A DNA stretch of 64,000 nucleotides from NCBI GenBank assembly GCA_963778655.1, contig CAVZVA010000010.1, forward strand, positions 1,024,001 to 1,088,000. Reading direction: 5' to 3'. The notes under the pieces were generated by a model. That model saw only the letters and a program-made list of their open reading frames with translations, had not been told where the DNA came from and did no database searches. This stretch comes from an uncultured delta proteobacterium (GTDB lineage Bacteria > Myxococcota_A > Polyangia > Polyangiales > JAFGIB01). Below are positions 9,474 to 22,879 of this stretch, in pieces. The translations under genes were made by a program, and so were the position numbers. The first letter of the stretch is position 1; each line of letters starts with the position of its first letter.

Positions 9474-9556
9474 GTTGCGAGGATAACCGGCCCGGCCCGC
9501 GGGACGCAGCAAACGCGGGCCGCGCCCGCGCCGGACGCCGTGCTACAACCGCCGGC

Positions 9557-10333
9557 ATGGCCCGCCGCGATCGCGAGCACGAGCCGCGCGCGCAGGCCAA
9601 GGCCGAGCGCGTATACGGGCTGGCAGCGGCGCTTTCGGTGATGCGCGTGCGCTCGCAGGCCGTGCTGAGCATCGCGCACACCGCCGCGGTGCGCGGCGAG
9701 CTCGGCCCGATGCTGCGGCAGGCCGCGCGGCGCCGCATCGCCTACCGCGAGGTGGGCGAGCAGGAGCTGAGCCGGATGGCGGGCGCGCTGCACCACGAGG
9801 GCGTGTGTCTGCTGGTGCGGCCGCGCGCGCGCGCGACGCTCGCCGAGCTGGATCGCCAAAGCCAGCCGCGTGGCTTGCTGCTGGCGCTCGACGGCGTCAG
9901 CAATCCGCACAACGTCGGCGCGGTGCTGCGCAGCGCCGCGTTCTTCGGCGCCGCGGGTATGCTGCTCGCCGCCGCCGACGGGGACCGCTCGCCGCTCACG
10001 CCGGCCGCCGTGCGCGTGGCCGAAGGCGGCGCCGAACAGGTGAAGCTCGCATGGGTGGACGGGCTAGCCGCCGGCCTGCAGTCGCTGCGCGGCAGTGGGC
10101 TCGCGGTGATCGGCAGCGATGCGCGCGCGGGCACGCCGCTGCACGCGCTGCGCTGGCCCGAGCGCTGCGTGCTCGTGCTCGGCAGCGAGGATCGCGGGCT
10201 CACACCCGCGGTGCGCAAGGCGTGCAGCGCGCTGGTGCACATCGAGGGCAGCGGCGCGCTCGACTCGCTCAACGTCTCGGTCGCCGCAGGCGTGCTGCTC
10301 GCGAGCTACACAGCCGCGCATCGGGTGGTCTGA
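9557..10333 (+). CDS. TrmH/SpoU family RNA 2'-O-methyltransferase
   Basis: HHEGV, LDGVSNPHNVGAVLRSA, VLGSEDRGL, DSLNVSVA motifs. Confidence 0.93.
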   Translation: MARRDREHEPRAQAKAERVYGLAAALSVMRVRSQAVLSIAHTAAVRGELGPMLRQAARRRIAYREVGEQELSRMAGALHHEGVCLLVRPRARATLAELDRQSQPRGLLLALDGVSNPHNVGAVLRSAAFFGAAGMLLAAADGDRSPLTPAAVRVAEGGAEQVKLAWVDGLAAGLQSLRGSGLAVIGSDARAGTPLHALRWPERCVLVLGSEDRGLTPAVRKACSALVHIEGSGALDSLNVSVAAGVLLASYTAAHRVV

Positions 10334-10546
10334 CACCCAATCGTTGCTGCGATCCCCTTGTTCTGCGCGCGTCCCGCGCGCGCGGCTGAAGAAATGACCA
10401 TAGACAGCCTGCACGCAAGCTCGTAACTGATCCAGCAGGGCCGCGTAGCGGCGCACCATACCAGGAGCGGGGGAGGCCCATCTGCATGCGCGCGACGCGT
10501 GCGCGGCGGGATCCGCCCAGCGCTTCGAACCGTCGAGGAGAACGCA

Positions 10547-12058
10547 ATGCATCGAGAGCAAAGACAGCCCAAGGCCGAGCAGAAAGCTTTCCGTAGTTCG
10601 TGCCTGCTGCGGTCGCTGGCGCCCTGGCTGGGAGCGATGGTGCTGCTCGGCGGCGCCGCGGTCGCGCGCGCCAACAGCACGGACGCCGCCGACTGGACGA
10701 TGTACAACTACGACGCCGCGGGCACACGCGACAACACCGCCGAGCACACCTTGGCCCCTGGCAACGTCAGCGGCCTGCACGTGTACTGGCAATACCCCAC
10801 CCCCGCTCCGGTCTCGGGGACGCCGATCGTGGTCGACGGCAACGTGTACGCCGGCGACATGGCGGGCAACTTCTACGCGCTAGGCGGCGACGGCTCGCTG
10901 CTCTGGAGCTTCACGGCCGACGCATCGATCACAGCGAGCGCCGCGGTCAAGAACAACGTCGTGGTGTTCGGCGACACTTCCGGCAAGCTCTACGGGCTCA
11001 GCCGCAACAACGGCAAGCTGAAGTGGTCGATGCGCCCGGACCCGCACCCGCTGGCCGCGATCTGGGGATCGCCGACCCCAGTCGGCCCCAACATGGCGGT
11101 CGGCGTGGCTTCGAACGAAGAGGCCGCCGCCGCCGATCTCACCTACCCGTGCTGCTCCACGCGTGGATCCATGGTCCTGCTCAACCCCGAGAACGGGCAC
11201 ATCATCTGGCAGACCTTCACCATCACCGATCAGGAGCGGGCCGCGGGCGCGTCCGGCTCGAGCATCTGGAGCACGCCGACCTACGATCCCGGGCGCAACC
11301 TGATCTATGCCACCACCGGCAACAACTTCAGCCAGCCCACCAATGGCACCAGCGACGCGATCATGGCGTTCGATGCTGGCTCGGGCGCGGTGCGCTGGGT
11401 CACGCAGCTCAACCCCAACGACGAGTGGAATTTCCGCTTCCCGTACTCGGCAGAGCACCCCGACGCCGACTTTGGCGACTCTGCGCAGGTCTACACCCTG
11501 CCGGACGGACACCTGGTGGTGGGCGCGGGCCAGAAGAGCGGCTTCTACCACGTGCTGGACGCGGCCAGCGGTGCGCTCGTGCACCAGGACCAGTACCAGG
11601 TCGGTGGCTCCCTTGGCGGGCTGTTCGCCGATTCGGCCGTGGCTGGCGGCGTGGTCTTCGCGAACGGCGTCGACTGGCCGACCCCTGGAGCGGGCGCGCC
11701 CAACAGCGGCGCCCTGATCGCGATTTCAGGTGACGGCGCCCATGAGCTATGGCGCTTCACCACGCCCTACTCGCCCGATTTCAGTGGCGTCGCCGTGGCC
11801 AACGGCGTCGTCTACTTCACCTCCTGGGGATTCCCCGTCGTGGGGGGGCTCCAAGGGTATCTGTATGCGCTGGACGCGGCCAGCGGCGCAACGCTGGCCC
11901 AGGTCGAGCTCGGAGAGGCGAGCGAAACGTTCAAGCCCACGTCGACCTCGGGACCTGCCATCTCTCGCGGCATGGTCTACGTCGGCACCGGCGACGCGAT
12001 TGCCGCGGGCTTCAACTTGGGCGTGGGCCCGGGCACGATCACCGCGCTAGGGCTGTAA
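10547..12058 (+). CDS. Exported PQQ-type beta-propeller protein (PVA dehydrogenase-like)
   Basis: GAGGAG RBS; signal peptide; repeated A.D..G..W docking motifs; YPCCSTRGS, IWSTPT, YATTGN, D.DFG, GAGQKSG. Confidence 0.82.
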   Translation: MHREQRQPKAEQKAFRSSCLLRSLAPWLGAMVLLGGAAVARANSTDAADWTMYNYDAAGTRDNTAEHTLAPGNVSGLHVYWQYPTPAPVSGTPIVVDGNVYAGDMAGNFYALGGDGSLLWSFTADASITASAAVKNNVVVFGDTSGKLYGLSRNNGKLKWSMRPDPHPLAAIWGSPTPVGPNMAVGVASNEEAAAADLTYPCCSTRGSMVLLNPENGHIIWQTFTITDQERAAGASGSSIWSTPTYDPGRNLIYATTGNNFSQPTNGTSDAIMAFDAGSGAVRWVTQLNPNDEWNFRFPYSAEHPDADFGDSAQVYTLPDGHLVVGAGQKSGFYHVLDAASGALVHQDQYQVGGSLGGLFADSAVAGGVVFANGVDWPTPGAGAPNSGALIAISGDGAHELWRFTTPYSPDFSGVAVANGVVYFTSWGFPVVGGLQGYLYALDAASGATLAQVELGEASETFKPTSTSGPAISRGMVYVGTGDAIAAGFNLGVGPGTITALGL

Positions 12059-12219
12059 GAGTTTCAGGCTGACACGCGACGTGCGCGGGCCTACGGGCCG
12101 TCACCCGGAATGCCTTATGGGGGCGGCCGGGCCCGCGCATTTTCTTCTTCCCTGTGGCGTTGCGGCGGTGTTACCCACCAGCGACTCGGATCTGACGTTC
12201 GTTTTGGCGGCCGCCAAAT

Positions 12220-13569
12220 ATGCCCAACTCGGTGCTTTCTCCGGAGGCGGCGCTGGCCGTCGTCGAGGCGGCCTATGAGCTCGACTGCGCGGCCGAAGCC
12301 TGGCTCGGCTCGCTGGCCGCCGCCTTCGCCGCGGGGGTCGACGGCGGATACGGTGGCGCCGGCCACCGCTTCGACGCGCGCGCCGCGGCGCTGCAGCTCG
12401 ACTGCAGCGTGCAGCGATCGACGAGCGGCGCGACGCCTTTGCCGTTCGCGCTTGCCGGCGCACCCAGCGTTGCGCTGCGCGAGCTGTGTCGCGGTCGAGC
12501 CGGCGTGTTGCCCGCGGCGGTCTTGGAGCCTGAAGAAGCCGCTGCGCTTGCGGGCCTCGGGCACGCGCTTCCGCGCGACCACGACGTCGTGCTGCTGGTC
12601 GCTAGTGACGGACACGGGCTCGGCTGGCTGCTTGCGGCTGCAGCCCCACGCGGAGCGCGCCTGTCCGCGGTCCAGCGCGAGCGCTGGCAGCGGGTCGCGC
12701 TGCAGGTGGTGGCGGCCGGCCAGCTACGCGCCGGGCTTGCGCGCGCGCTGCCGGCGGCGGCTGCGGGCGCGCATCCCAAACCCGCCAGCGCGCGCCTGCG
12801 GGATGCGGCGGTCGCCTGTCTTCGTACGGCTCAGAGCGCCGCGGAGCGCGCGCCGGTCGAGCCCGGCGCAGCGTGGACGGCACTTGCCAGTGGCAGCTGG
12901 TCGCTGGTCGATCTGTTCGAGACCGACGGGCGCTGCGTGCTGATCGCGCGTGGCAATCCCGCTGGCGCCGCCGACCCGCGCGCGCTCACGCAGCGCGAGC
13001 GCCAGGTCGCGGAGCAGGCCGCACGCGGTCGCTCGGGCAAGGAGATCGCCTATGAGCTGGGGCTGCGCGCGCCGACCGTGTCGCAGCTCCTGCACAATGC
13101 CGTGCGCAAGCTGCGCGCCGCGGGCGTGGCACAGCTCGGCTCCGTTGTCCGCGCTTTGGGACATCCCAGCGCCGAGCGCGAGCGTCCGTCATGGACAATT
13201 GACTATGGCGGACCCTGGCGACAATGTGGCAGCAACACCGACATCGCCATGGGACAGGGAGCGACCGGCATGCCACCGGCTGTGCAGGGATGGATTCCGG
13301 CAGCAGGCCAAGTCGAGACCCGGCGCCTGGTGGTCGACGGTATCGAGCTTCTGGTGTTGAGCTTCCCGGCGGTCCCGGCCCTGCTTCCGGCCGACCTCTC
13401 GGCGGCAGAGCGCGACGTGCTGCGCTGGCTGCTGCGCGGTGAGAGCAACGCGCAGGTCGCGGCGCGACGCCAGACCGCGGTGCGCACCGCGGCCAATCAA
13501 GTAGCCTCCATCTTTCGCAAGATCGGGGTGGCCTCGCGGGCTGAGCTGGCGGCGCGACTGGCCCGTTGA
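12220..13569 (+). CDS. LuxR-family regulator with two C-terminal HTH domains (possibly two in-frame genes)
   Basis: LTQRERQVAEQAARGRSGKEIAYELG...RKL and LSAAERDVLRWLLRGESNAQVA...RKIGVASRAEL. Confidence 0.75.
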   Translation: MPNSVLSPEAALAVVEAAYELDCAAEAWLGSLAAAFAAGVDGGYGGAGHRFDARAAALQLDCSVQRSTSGATPLPFALAGAPSVALRELCRGRAGVLPAAVLEPEEAAALAGLGHALPRDHDVVLLVASDGHGLGWLLAAAAPRGARLSAVQRERWQRVALQVVAAGQLRAGLARALPAAAAGAHPKPASARLRDAAVACLRTAQSAAERAPVEPGAAWTALASGSWSLVDLFETDGRCVLIARGNPAGAADPRALTQRERQVAEQAARGRSGKEIAYELGLRAPTVSQLLHNAVRKLRAAGVAQLGSVVRALGHPSAERERPSWTIDYGGPWRQCGSNTDIAMGQGATGMPPAVQGWIPAAGQVETRRLVVDGIELLVLSFPAVPALLPADLSAAERDVLRWLLRGESNAQVAARRQTAVRTAANQVASIFRKIGVASRAELAARLAR

Positions 13570-13832
13570 TCCCAGTGCCGGCGCGGCTCGAGGTCTTCTC
13601 GGGCCCGTGCAATGGCGGCGCGGGTCAAAGGGCGCTGTGCGTGTCTGTCCTACCGCATATCTGGGTTGACCACGACGCGGAACTGACGCTGGCCGGCGGC
13701 GGCGGTTTCGCTGCTGTTGCCGGCGGATGAGATCGCCGCAACAAATGCCCGCGCGCTGCGCGAACCCGCGCGGCGCGCGCTATCGTGCGCGCAGGTGAAC
13801 GCGGGCGCCGCAGCGCTCGCGCGGTGGCGGCG

Positions 13833-14756
13833 ATGGAAGCAGCGGTCGAGGCAGGCACGCAGCGGGTCATCGACGGCCGGCGGCGCGTCTACTACCACGG
13901 CTACTGGATCAAGGTGTACGACCCGCCGGCCGACTCGCTCGAGCAGAAGAAGCAGCTGATCGAGGCGTTGACGCGGCGCCTGTTCAACCACGTCGAGCAC
14001 GGGATCAACGTGCCGGGCAGGCGGCTCGACGAGGCGCGCGCGGCCTATGACATCGAGCGGGACCCGCAGCGCAAACGCGTCAAGGGCGCGATGCTCGCTG
14101 GCGCGCTGTTCAACCGCGCCACCGACATCTTCAAGAAGCTGGTCGAGCTCCAGGAGCTCGGCGTGGCGATCGGCCCGGACAACGCACTGATGCGAGAGTG
14201 CGGCGAGCACCTGGAAGAGGCGCTGGCGCTCGGCAAGCTGGTGCTGCACCGCAGCGGCGACGAGGGCATCGACGAGTTGTGGGGCGAGCCGCTCAAGGCG
14301 TTCCTGTTTCCGGTCGACGACTTCTACAAGAGCCGCTACGTGAAGATCGCGCAGGCGATGGGCGCGATCGACCGCATCTGCGACGAGTTGCGCGTGACGC
14401 TCGCCGGCCTGCCGATGTTCGCCGGCCTCGAGCCATTGCTGGACGAGCTCTGCGATGCGGCCAAGCTCAAGTCCGAGACCTTGCGCACCGACTCCGAGAT
14501 CTTCGAGATCTGGTCGCGCTTTGTGGTCGCCAGCGAGAACGCCGGCGCTTTCCGGCCGGCGCTGCCCACGGGCACGCGTGATCCGGCGCTGGCTCGTTGC
14601 GCCGAGCAGGGCGTGCGGCTGGTTCGCAGCGGCAAGGATCTGATCGCGTACATCACCCGCGCGCGGGTGCCGATGCCCAAGAGCACCGGCGAGCTGATCG
14701 CGCGCTGTCGCGCGTTCCGCGACGCGTGCGCCAGCCCCGCGCCGCCCGCGCCTTGA
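13833..14756 (+). CDS. Hypothetical protein (alpha-helical, globular-looking)
   Basis: Strong GC3 codon pattern, balanced composition (VYYHGYWIKVYDPP, LFNHVEHGINVPG); no family recognised. Confidence 0.8.
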   Translation: MEAAVEAGTQRVIDGRRRVYYHGYWIKVYDPPADSLEQKKQLIEALTRRLFNHVEHGINVPGRRLDEARAAYDIERDPQRKRVKGAMLAGALFNRATDIFKKLVELQELGVAIGPDNALMRECGEHLEEALALGKLVLHRSGDEGIDELWGEPLKAFLFPVDDFYKSRYVKIAQAMGAIDRICDELRVTLAGLPMFAGLEPLLDELCDAAKLKSETLRTDSEIFEIWSRFVVASENAGAFRPALPTGTRDPALARCAEQGVRLVRSGKDLIAYITRARVPMPKSTGELIARCRAFRDACASPAPPAP

Positions 14757-14862
14757 GCCGAGGATGCGCAGCGCGCCACCCGGCCGGCGGGCACGCACGC
14801 CGCTCACCCGTCCCTTTGCGCCTGTCGCGTTCCGGGCTAGCCTCCGCGCAGCGGAGGACCCC

Positions 14863-16161
14863 TTGGGTACGGTTCGCATCGGCATGATCGGCTGTGGCGT
14901 GGTGGGGCAGGGCGTGATGCGCCTGCTGCGCGAGAACGCCGCCAGCATCGAGGCGCGCCTGGGCGGCCGGATCGAGGTGCGGCGCATCGTCGCCCGCGAT
15001 CCGCACAAGCCGCGCGGCCCCTACGTCGCGCCGGAGCTGCTCGGCTACGATGTCGAGAGCCTGCTCGCGGACCCCGAAATCGACGTGGTGGTCGAGGTGA
15101 TGGGCGGGGTGGAGCGCGCGGGCGGCTACGTGCAGCGCGCGCTGCAGGCGGACAAGTCGGTGGTGACCGCCAACAAGGCGCTGCTCGCCGACCGCGGCCT
15201 CGCGCTGATGGAGCTGGCCGAGCAGCGTGGCGTCGATCTGTCCTTCGAGGCGGCGGTCGCCGGCGGCATCCCGGTCATCCGCGTGCTGCGCGAAGCGCTG
15301 GTCTCCGACCGCATCGTGGCGCTGCGCGGCATCATCAACGGCACCAGCAACTACATCCTGTCGCAGATGCACGAGCACGGCCTCGGCTTCGACCAGGCGC
15401 TGGCGCAGGCCCAGCAGGCCGGCTACGCCGAGGCCGATCCGAGCCTCGACGTCGGCGGCGGCGACGCGGCGCACAAGCTCACCATCCTGGCCACGCTGGC
15501 GTTCGGCCCGCGCGTCGAGCTCGGCTCGGTGACCACCGAAGGCATCGACACGGTGCAGGCGCTCGACATCGAGTTCGCGCGCCGTTTCGGCTACGTGATC
15601 AAGCCGCTCGCAGTCGCGCGCTCGCTCGCCGACGGGGCGCTCGAGCTGCACGTGCACCCGGCGCTGGTCGACCGCAGCGATCCGCTCGCGCACATCAACG
15701 GCGCGCTCAACGCCGTGCACATCGAGGGTGCGGCGCTCGGGCCGTGCCTGCTGTCGGGTCTGGGCGCCGGCGCGATGCCGACCGCGGTCAGCGTGGTCAG
15801 CGACATCGTCGACGTGGGCCGCAACCTGTTCATCGAGGCGCAGGGCCGGGTCGCTCACGGCCGGTTCGCCGCCGGTCGCAAGGCCAGTGTGCGCGACATG
15901 GCGGAGTACCGCGGCCGCTACTACCTGCGCTTCGCGGTGCGTGATCAGCGGGGCGTGTTAGGCAAGCTCGCCACCGCGCTCGGCGCGCGCGACGTCTCGA
16001 TTGCGCAGATGGTGCAGGAGGGCCACGGCAAGGACGCGCCGGTGGCGGTGGTGGTGCTCACCCACCCGGCGCGCGAGGGCGACCTGCGCGCGGCCCTGGC
16101 CGAGATCGATCGCCTCGACTTCATGGTCGAGCCCACCCGCGCGCTGCGGATCGAGGGCTGA
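14863..16161 (+). CDS. hom: Homoserine dehydrogenase with C-terminal ACT domain
   Basis: GCGVVG Rossmann motif, VVTANK, FEAAVAGGIP, GIINGTSNYIL, GYAEADP, ACT domain; TTG start after GGAGG. Confidence 0.95.
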   Translation: MGTVRIGMIGCGVVGQGVMRLLRENAASIEARLGGRIEVRRIVARDPHKPRGPYVAPELLGYDVESLLADPEIDVVVEVMGGVERAGGYVQRALQADKSVVTANKALLADRGLALMELAEQRGVDLSFEAAVAGGIPVIRVLREALVSDRIVALRGIINGTSNYILSQMHEHGLGFDQALAQAQQAGYAEADPSLDVGGGDAAHKLTILATLAFGPRVELGSVTTEGIDTVQALDIEFARRFGYVIKPLAVARSLADGALELHVHPALVDRSDPLAHINGALNAVHIEGAALGPCLLSGLGAGAMPTAVSVVSDIVDVGRNLFIEAQGRVAHGRFAAGRKASVRDMAEYRGRYYLRFAVRDQRGVLGKLATALGARDVSIAQMVQEGHGKDAPVAVVVLTHPAREGDLRAALAEIDRLDFMVEPTRALRIEG

Positions 16162-16225
16162 GCCGGTGGTGTGCGGAGCAACAGATCTGCGGCCAGTGCC
16201 GCTGCGCGGTCGCGGATAGGGCAGC

Positions 16226-16630
16226 ATGGCGGAGCGCGACCCCACAGGCGTCAAGGAGCTGCAAGCGTTGCTCGGGCGCGGCACCGAGTTCGAGGGCAAG
16301 CTCACCTTCGAGGGCCGCGTGCGCATCGACGGCACGCTGCGCGGGCAGATCTTCGGCGACGACGTGCTGATCCTGGGGCCCACGGCCGAGGTCCACGCCG
16401 ACATCGAGGTGGGCACGCTGATCGTGCGTGGCGGCGCGATCTGGGGCGAGATCAAGGCTCAGCGGCTGGTCGAGCTGTACGCGCCGTCTCGTGTGTACGG
16501 CGACATCGTGACCGGTCAGCTCTATCTCGACAAAGGCGTCACCTTCGAGGGTCGCTGCACCATGCTCGAGGAGCCACAGAAGCCCCACGAGCCCGCCGGC
16601 GAGGACCCCGAGTCGGAGCCCGCGGGCTGA
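16226..16630 (+). CDS. Bactofilin (polymer-forming cytoskeletal protein)
   Basis: LGRGTEFEGKLTFEGRVRIDG...V.GDI....L..DKGVTFEGRC beta-helix repeats. Confidence 0.92.
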   Translation: MAERDPTGVKELQALLGRGTEFEGKLTFEGRVRIDGTLRGQIFGDDVLILGPTAEVHADIEVGTLIVRGGAIWGEIKAQRLVELYAPSRVYGDIVTGQLYLDKGVTFEGRCTMLEEPQKPHEPAGEDPESEPAG

Positions 16631-16708
16631 CCGGGACGCCCGCGCAAGCGGGCGAAAACGCGGGTGTTTCGGGCTTGCATCGGGCACCCCGCGGGGTGCT
16701 CCGCTGGC

Positions 16709-16737
16709 TTGACTCGTGCGGTCCCCGCTGCTACACA
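16709..16737 (+). promoter_or_regulatory. Possible sigma70 promoter of the atp operon
   Basis: TTGACT-N17-TACACA, about 145 nt upstream of the first atp gene. Confidence 0.4.
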
Positions 16738-16882
16738 GCGCGCGCCTGCGGCGGGCCGGAGGCGAGGCTCGAAGGGACGCCACCGGGCGGGCCCGGCCCT
16801 CCCGAGCGAGGGACTGGTCGGGATCGCGCCCTGACCCTAGTCATCTGAGCGTCTTGCCGCCACCGGCCGAGCGAGGAAATCG

Positions 16883-17353
16883 ATGCTCTGCTCCATTCCA
16901 CTGGCTGTGATGCTCGCCGAGTCGCCGATCGACCTCGATGCGAGCTTCTTCGTCCAGCTCGCCATCTTCTTCACCGCGTTCTTCATCCTGCGCAGCCTGG
17001 TGTTTCGCCCGGTGATGGGCCTGTTCGACGCGCGCGAGCAGGCGATGGAGGGCTCGCGCAAGCAGGCCGAGCAGATGGAGCGCGAGGCCGAGCAGACCCG
17101 TGCCAGCTTCGAGGCCGAGCTGCGGCGGGTGCGCCAGCAGGCCAATGAGGACCGCGACAAGCTGCGCGGCCAGGCACAGCAGCTGGCGCGCGAGCTGACC
17201 GAGAAGGCGCGCAGCGAGCACAGCGCGATGATCGTGAGCGCCAAGGTGCGGCTCGATCGCGAGGCCGGTGAGGCGCGCACGAACACCCAGGCGGAGCTGC
17301 CGCAGCTCGCGCGCCAGATCGCCGAGAAGCTGCTCGGCCGGAGCGTGGGCTGA
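16883..17353 (+). CDS. ATP synthase F0 subunit b'
   Basis: Single N-terminal TM (FFVQLAIFF...LVFRP), charged coiled coil, IAEKLLGR end; first of two b-type genes. Confidence 0.9.
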   Translation: MLCSIPLAVMLAESPIDLDASFFVQLAIFFTAFFILRSLVFRPVMGLFDAREQAMEGSRKQAEQMEREAEQTRASFEAELRRVRQQANEDRDKLRGQAQQLARELTEKARSEHSAMIVSAKVRLDREAGEARTNTQAELPQLARQIAEKLLGRSVG

Positions 17354-18006
17354 TGCGGCGGTGCTTGCATATCATGGTGGCGGCGCTGGCCGCGCTGTGG
17401 CTGTCGCCGGCCGCGCTCGCGGCCGCCGAGGAGGCCGAGCACCACGGTCCGCTGCGCGCGAGCGAGGTCTTCGCTAGCCCCCAGTTCTGGGCCGCGGCGT
17501 TGAACTTCGTGCTGCTGCTGTACGTCCTGCGCCGGCTCGGCGCCCGCCCGCTCGCGGCGTTTCTGCAGAACCGCCGCAGCGAGATGGAGCGCAGCATGAA
17601 CGAGGCCGCGGAGATGAAGCAGAAGGCCGAGGCCAAGTACAACGAATACAAGGACCGGCTGGCCCAGCTCGACCAGGAGCTCTCCAAGCTGCGCAGCGAC
17701 ATCGCCCGCAGCGCAGAAGAGGACAAGCAGCGCATCGTCGCCGAGGCGGAGGAGAACGCGCAGCGCCTCAAGCGCGAGACCGAGTCGCTGATCGAGCAAT
17801 ACGCCAAGGCGCTCGGCAAGGACGTGCGCAGCGAGGTGGTGGAGGCCGCCGTCGCGGCGGCCGAGAAGCTGCTGCGCGAGGCGCTCACCGCCGCCGATCA
17901 GCAGCGGCTGGCGGACGGCTTCAAGCAGGGCCTGGGCGGCGCGGCCGCTGGCGGCAATGCGGCGCGACCGGCGAGCCGCGGCACCCGCGCGCAGGAGACG
18001 CCATGA
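17353..18006 (+). CDS. atpF: ATP synthase F0 subunit b
   Basis: LNFVLLLYVL TM followed by a coiled coil; position before atpH. Confidence 0.9.
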   Translation: MRRCLHIMVAALAALWLSPAALAAAEEAEHHGPLRASEVFASPQFWAAALNFVLLLYVLRRLGARPLAAFLQNRRSEMERSMNEAAEMKQKAEAKYNEYKDRLAQLDQELSKLRSDIARSAEEDKQRIVAEAEENAQRLKRETESLIEQYAKALGKDVRSEVVEAAVAAAEKLLREALTAADQQRLADGFKQGLGGAAAGGNAARPASRGTRAQETP

Positions 18007-18542
18007 CGGTCAGCGTGGTCGGCAAGCGCTACGCCAAGGCGTTGTTGCAGCTCGCGGAAGAGCCCAGCGCGGTCGAGCGCGTCGGTCGCGACCTGCGCGA
18101 CTTCGTCTCGGCCTGGGATCAGAGCCGCGAGCTGCGCGCGGTGTTCGAGAACCCGAGCATCAGCCAGCAGAGCCGGCGCGCGGTGCTGCGCGAGATCGCG
18201 CAGCAGAGCGGGATGCACGAGCAGCTCGCGCACCTGCTGCTGTTGCTCTCGGACCGCCAGCGCATGAGCCACGTGCCCGAGGTCGCCGAGGCGTACGACG
18301 CCATGGCCGAGGCACGCTCGGGCAAGGTGCGCGCCGAGGTCACCAGCGCGAGCGAGCTCTCGTCCGGCTACTACGCCGAGCTCGAGAAGGTGCTGCGCGA
18401 GGTCACCGGCAAGCACGTGGTGCTGGTGCACAAGGTCGATCCCTCGCTGATCGCGGGCGTGGTGACGCGGATCGGCGATCAGGTGTTCGACGGCAGCGTC
18501 AAGAGCCGTCTATCGGAGCTCAAGGACGAGCTCCTGCGCTAG
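18003..18542 (+). CDS. atpH: ATP synthase F1 subunit delta
   Basis: KRYAKAL, ENP, VDPSLIAGVV.RIGDQVFDGSVKSRL. Confidence 0.96.
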   Translation: MTVSVVGKRYAKALLQLAEEPSAVERVGRDLRDFVSAWDQSRELRAVFENPSISQQSRRAVLREIAQQSGMHEQLAHLLLLLSDRQRMSHVPEVAEAYDAMAEARSGKVRAEVTSASELSSGYYAELEKVLREVTGKHVVLVHKVDPSLIAGVVTRIGDQVFDGSVKSRLSELKDELLR

Positions 18543-18578
18543 CAAGGTGCCATTCGGGATGGCTGTCACAGGGATGCA

Positions 18579-18638
18579 ACAGGAAAACGGGAAGGCGGGG
18601 AGAGTGACTTTGCGCTTCCCGTCCTCCCGTCTTCCTGT
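18579..18638. repeat. REP-like palindrome (ACAGGAA..CGGGAAG family)
   Basis: ACAGGAAAACGGGAAGGCGGGGA ... CTTCCCGTCCTCCCGTCTTCCTGT; same family at 23338 and 47599. Confidence 0.8.
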
Positions 18639-18681
18639 CATCTGTTCCGATCCGAACTAGGACTACTCACGAGGTCGCAGC

Positions 18682-20352
<1,671 letters not shown>

Positions 20353-20399
20353 CGACCCTGTCGCGGGAGCTTCGGGTGACCCTCCCGGTGAGGTCTTAA

Positions 20400-21253
20400 A
20401 TGCCAGGCGGCAATCTCAAGATCATTCGCAAGCGCATCGCCAGCGTGAAGAACACGCAGAAGATCACGCGCGCGATGAAGCTGGTGTCTGCGGCTCGCCT
20501 GCGCAAGGCGCAGGAGAATATCACGCGCATGCGTCCCTACGCGCTGGAGACGCTGAAGATGCTTTCCTCACTCGCGGCCCGTACCCGCGGCGATGCGGCG
20601 CTGCACCCGCTGCTGGCGCGCCGGCACCCCGAAAAGGTACTGCTGATCGTGCTCACCAGCGACCGCGGTCTGGCCGGCTCCTTCAACGCGGCCGCCAGTA
20701 AGGCCGCCTTTCGCTTCTACCAGGAGCAGAAGCAGCAGGGCGCAGCCGTCACGGTGGGCGCGATCGGCCGCAAGGGCCGTGACTACCTGCGCCGGCGCCG
20801 CGTCGAGATCAAGCACACCTTCGGCAACATCTACGAGGATCTGCGCTACGAGAAGGCCAGTCAGATCGGCGACGTGGTGGTCAGCGAGTACACCGCGCGC
20901 GATCTGGACGCCTGCTACATCGTGTACAACGAGTTCAAGAGCGCGATCACGCAGAACGTCACGGTCGAGAAGCTGCTGCCGATCGAGCCGATGGCGGTGG
21001 CTGAACACGAGACCGCGGTCGACTTCATCTACGAGCCCGACCAGAAGACGATTCTGAACGCGCTGCTGCCGCTGTACGTCAACGTCGAGATCTACCGCGC
21101 TCTGCTCGAATCGGTGGCGTCGGAGCACGGGGCGCGCATGACGGCGATGGACAACGCCACGCGCAACGCCAAGGACATGATCGCCCGCCTCACGCTGCAA
21201 GCGAACCGCGCGCGCCAGGCCGCGATCACCACCGAGCTGATGGAGATCATCAG

Positions 21254-21278
<25 letters not shown>
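20400..21278 (+). CDS. atpG: ATP synthase F1 subunit gamma
   Basis: SVKNTQKITRAMKLV, SDRGLAG, SEHGARMTAMDNAT, RARQAAITTEL. Confidence 0.99.
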
Positions 21279-22879
<1,601 letters not shown>

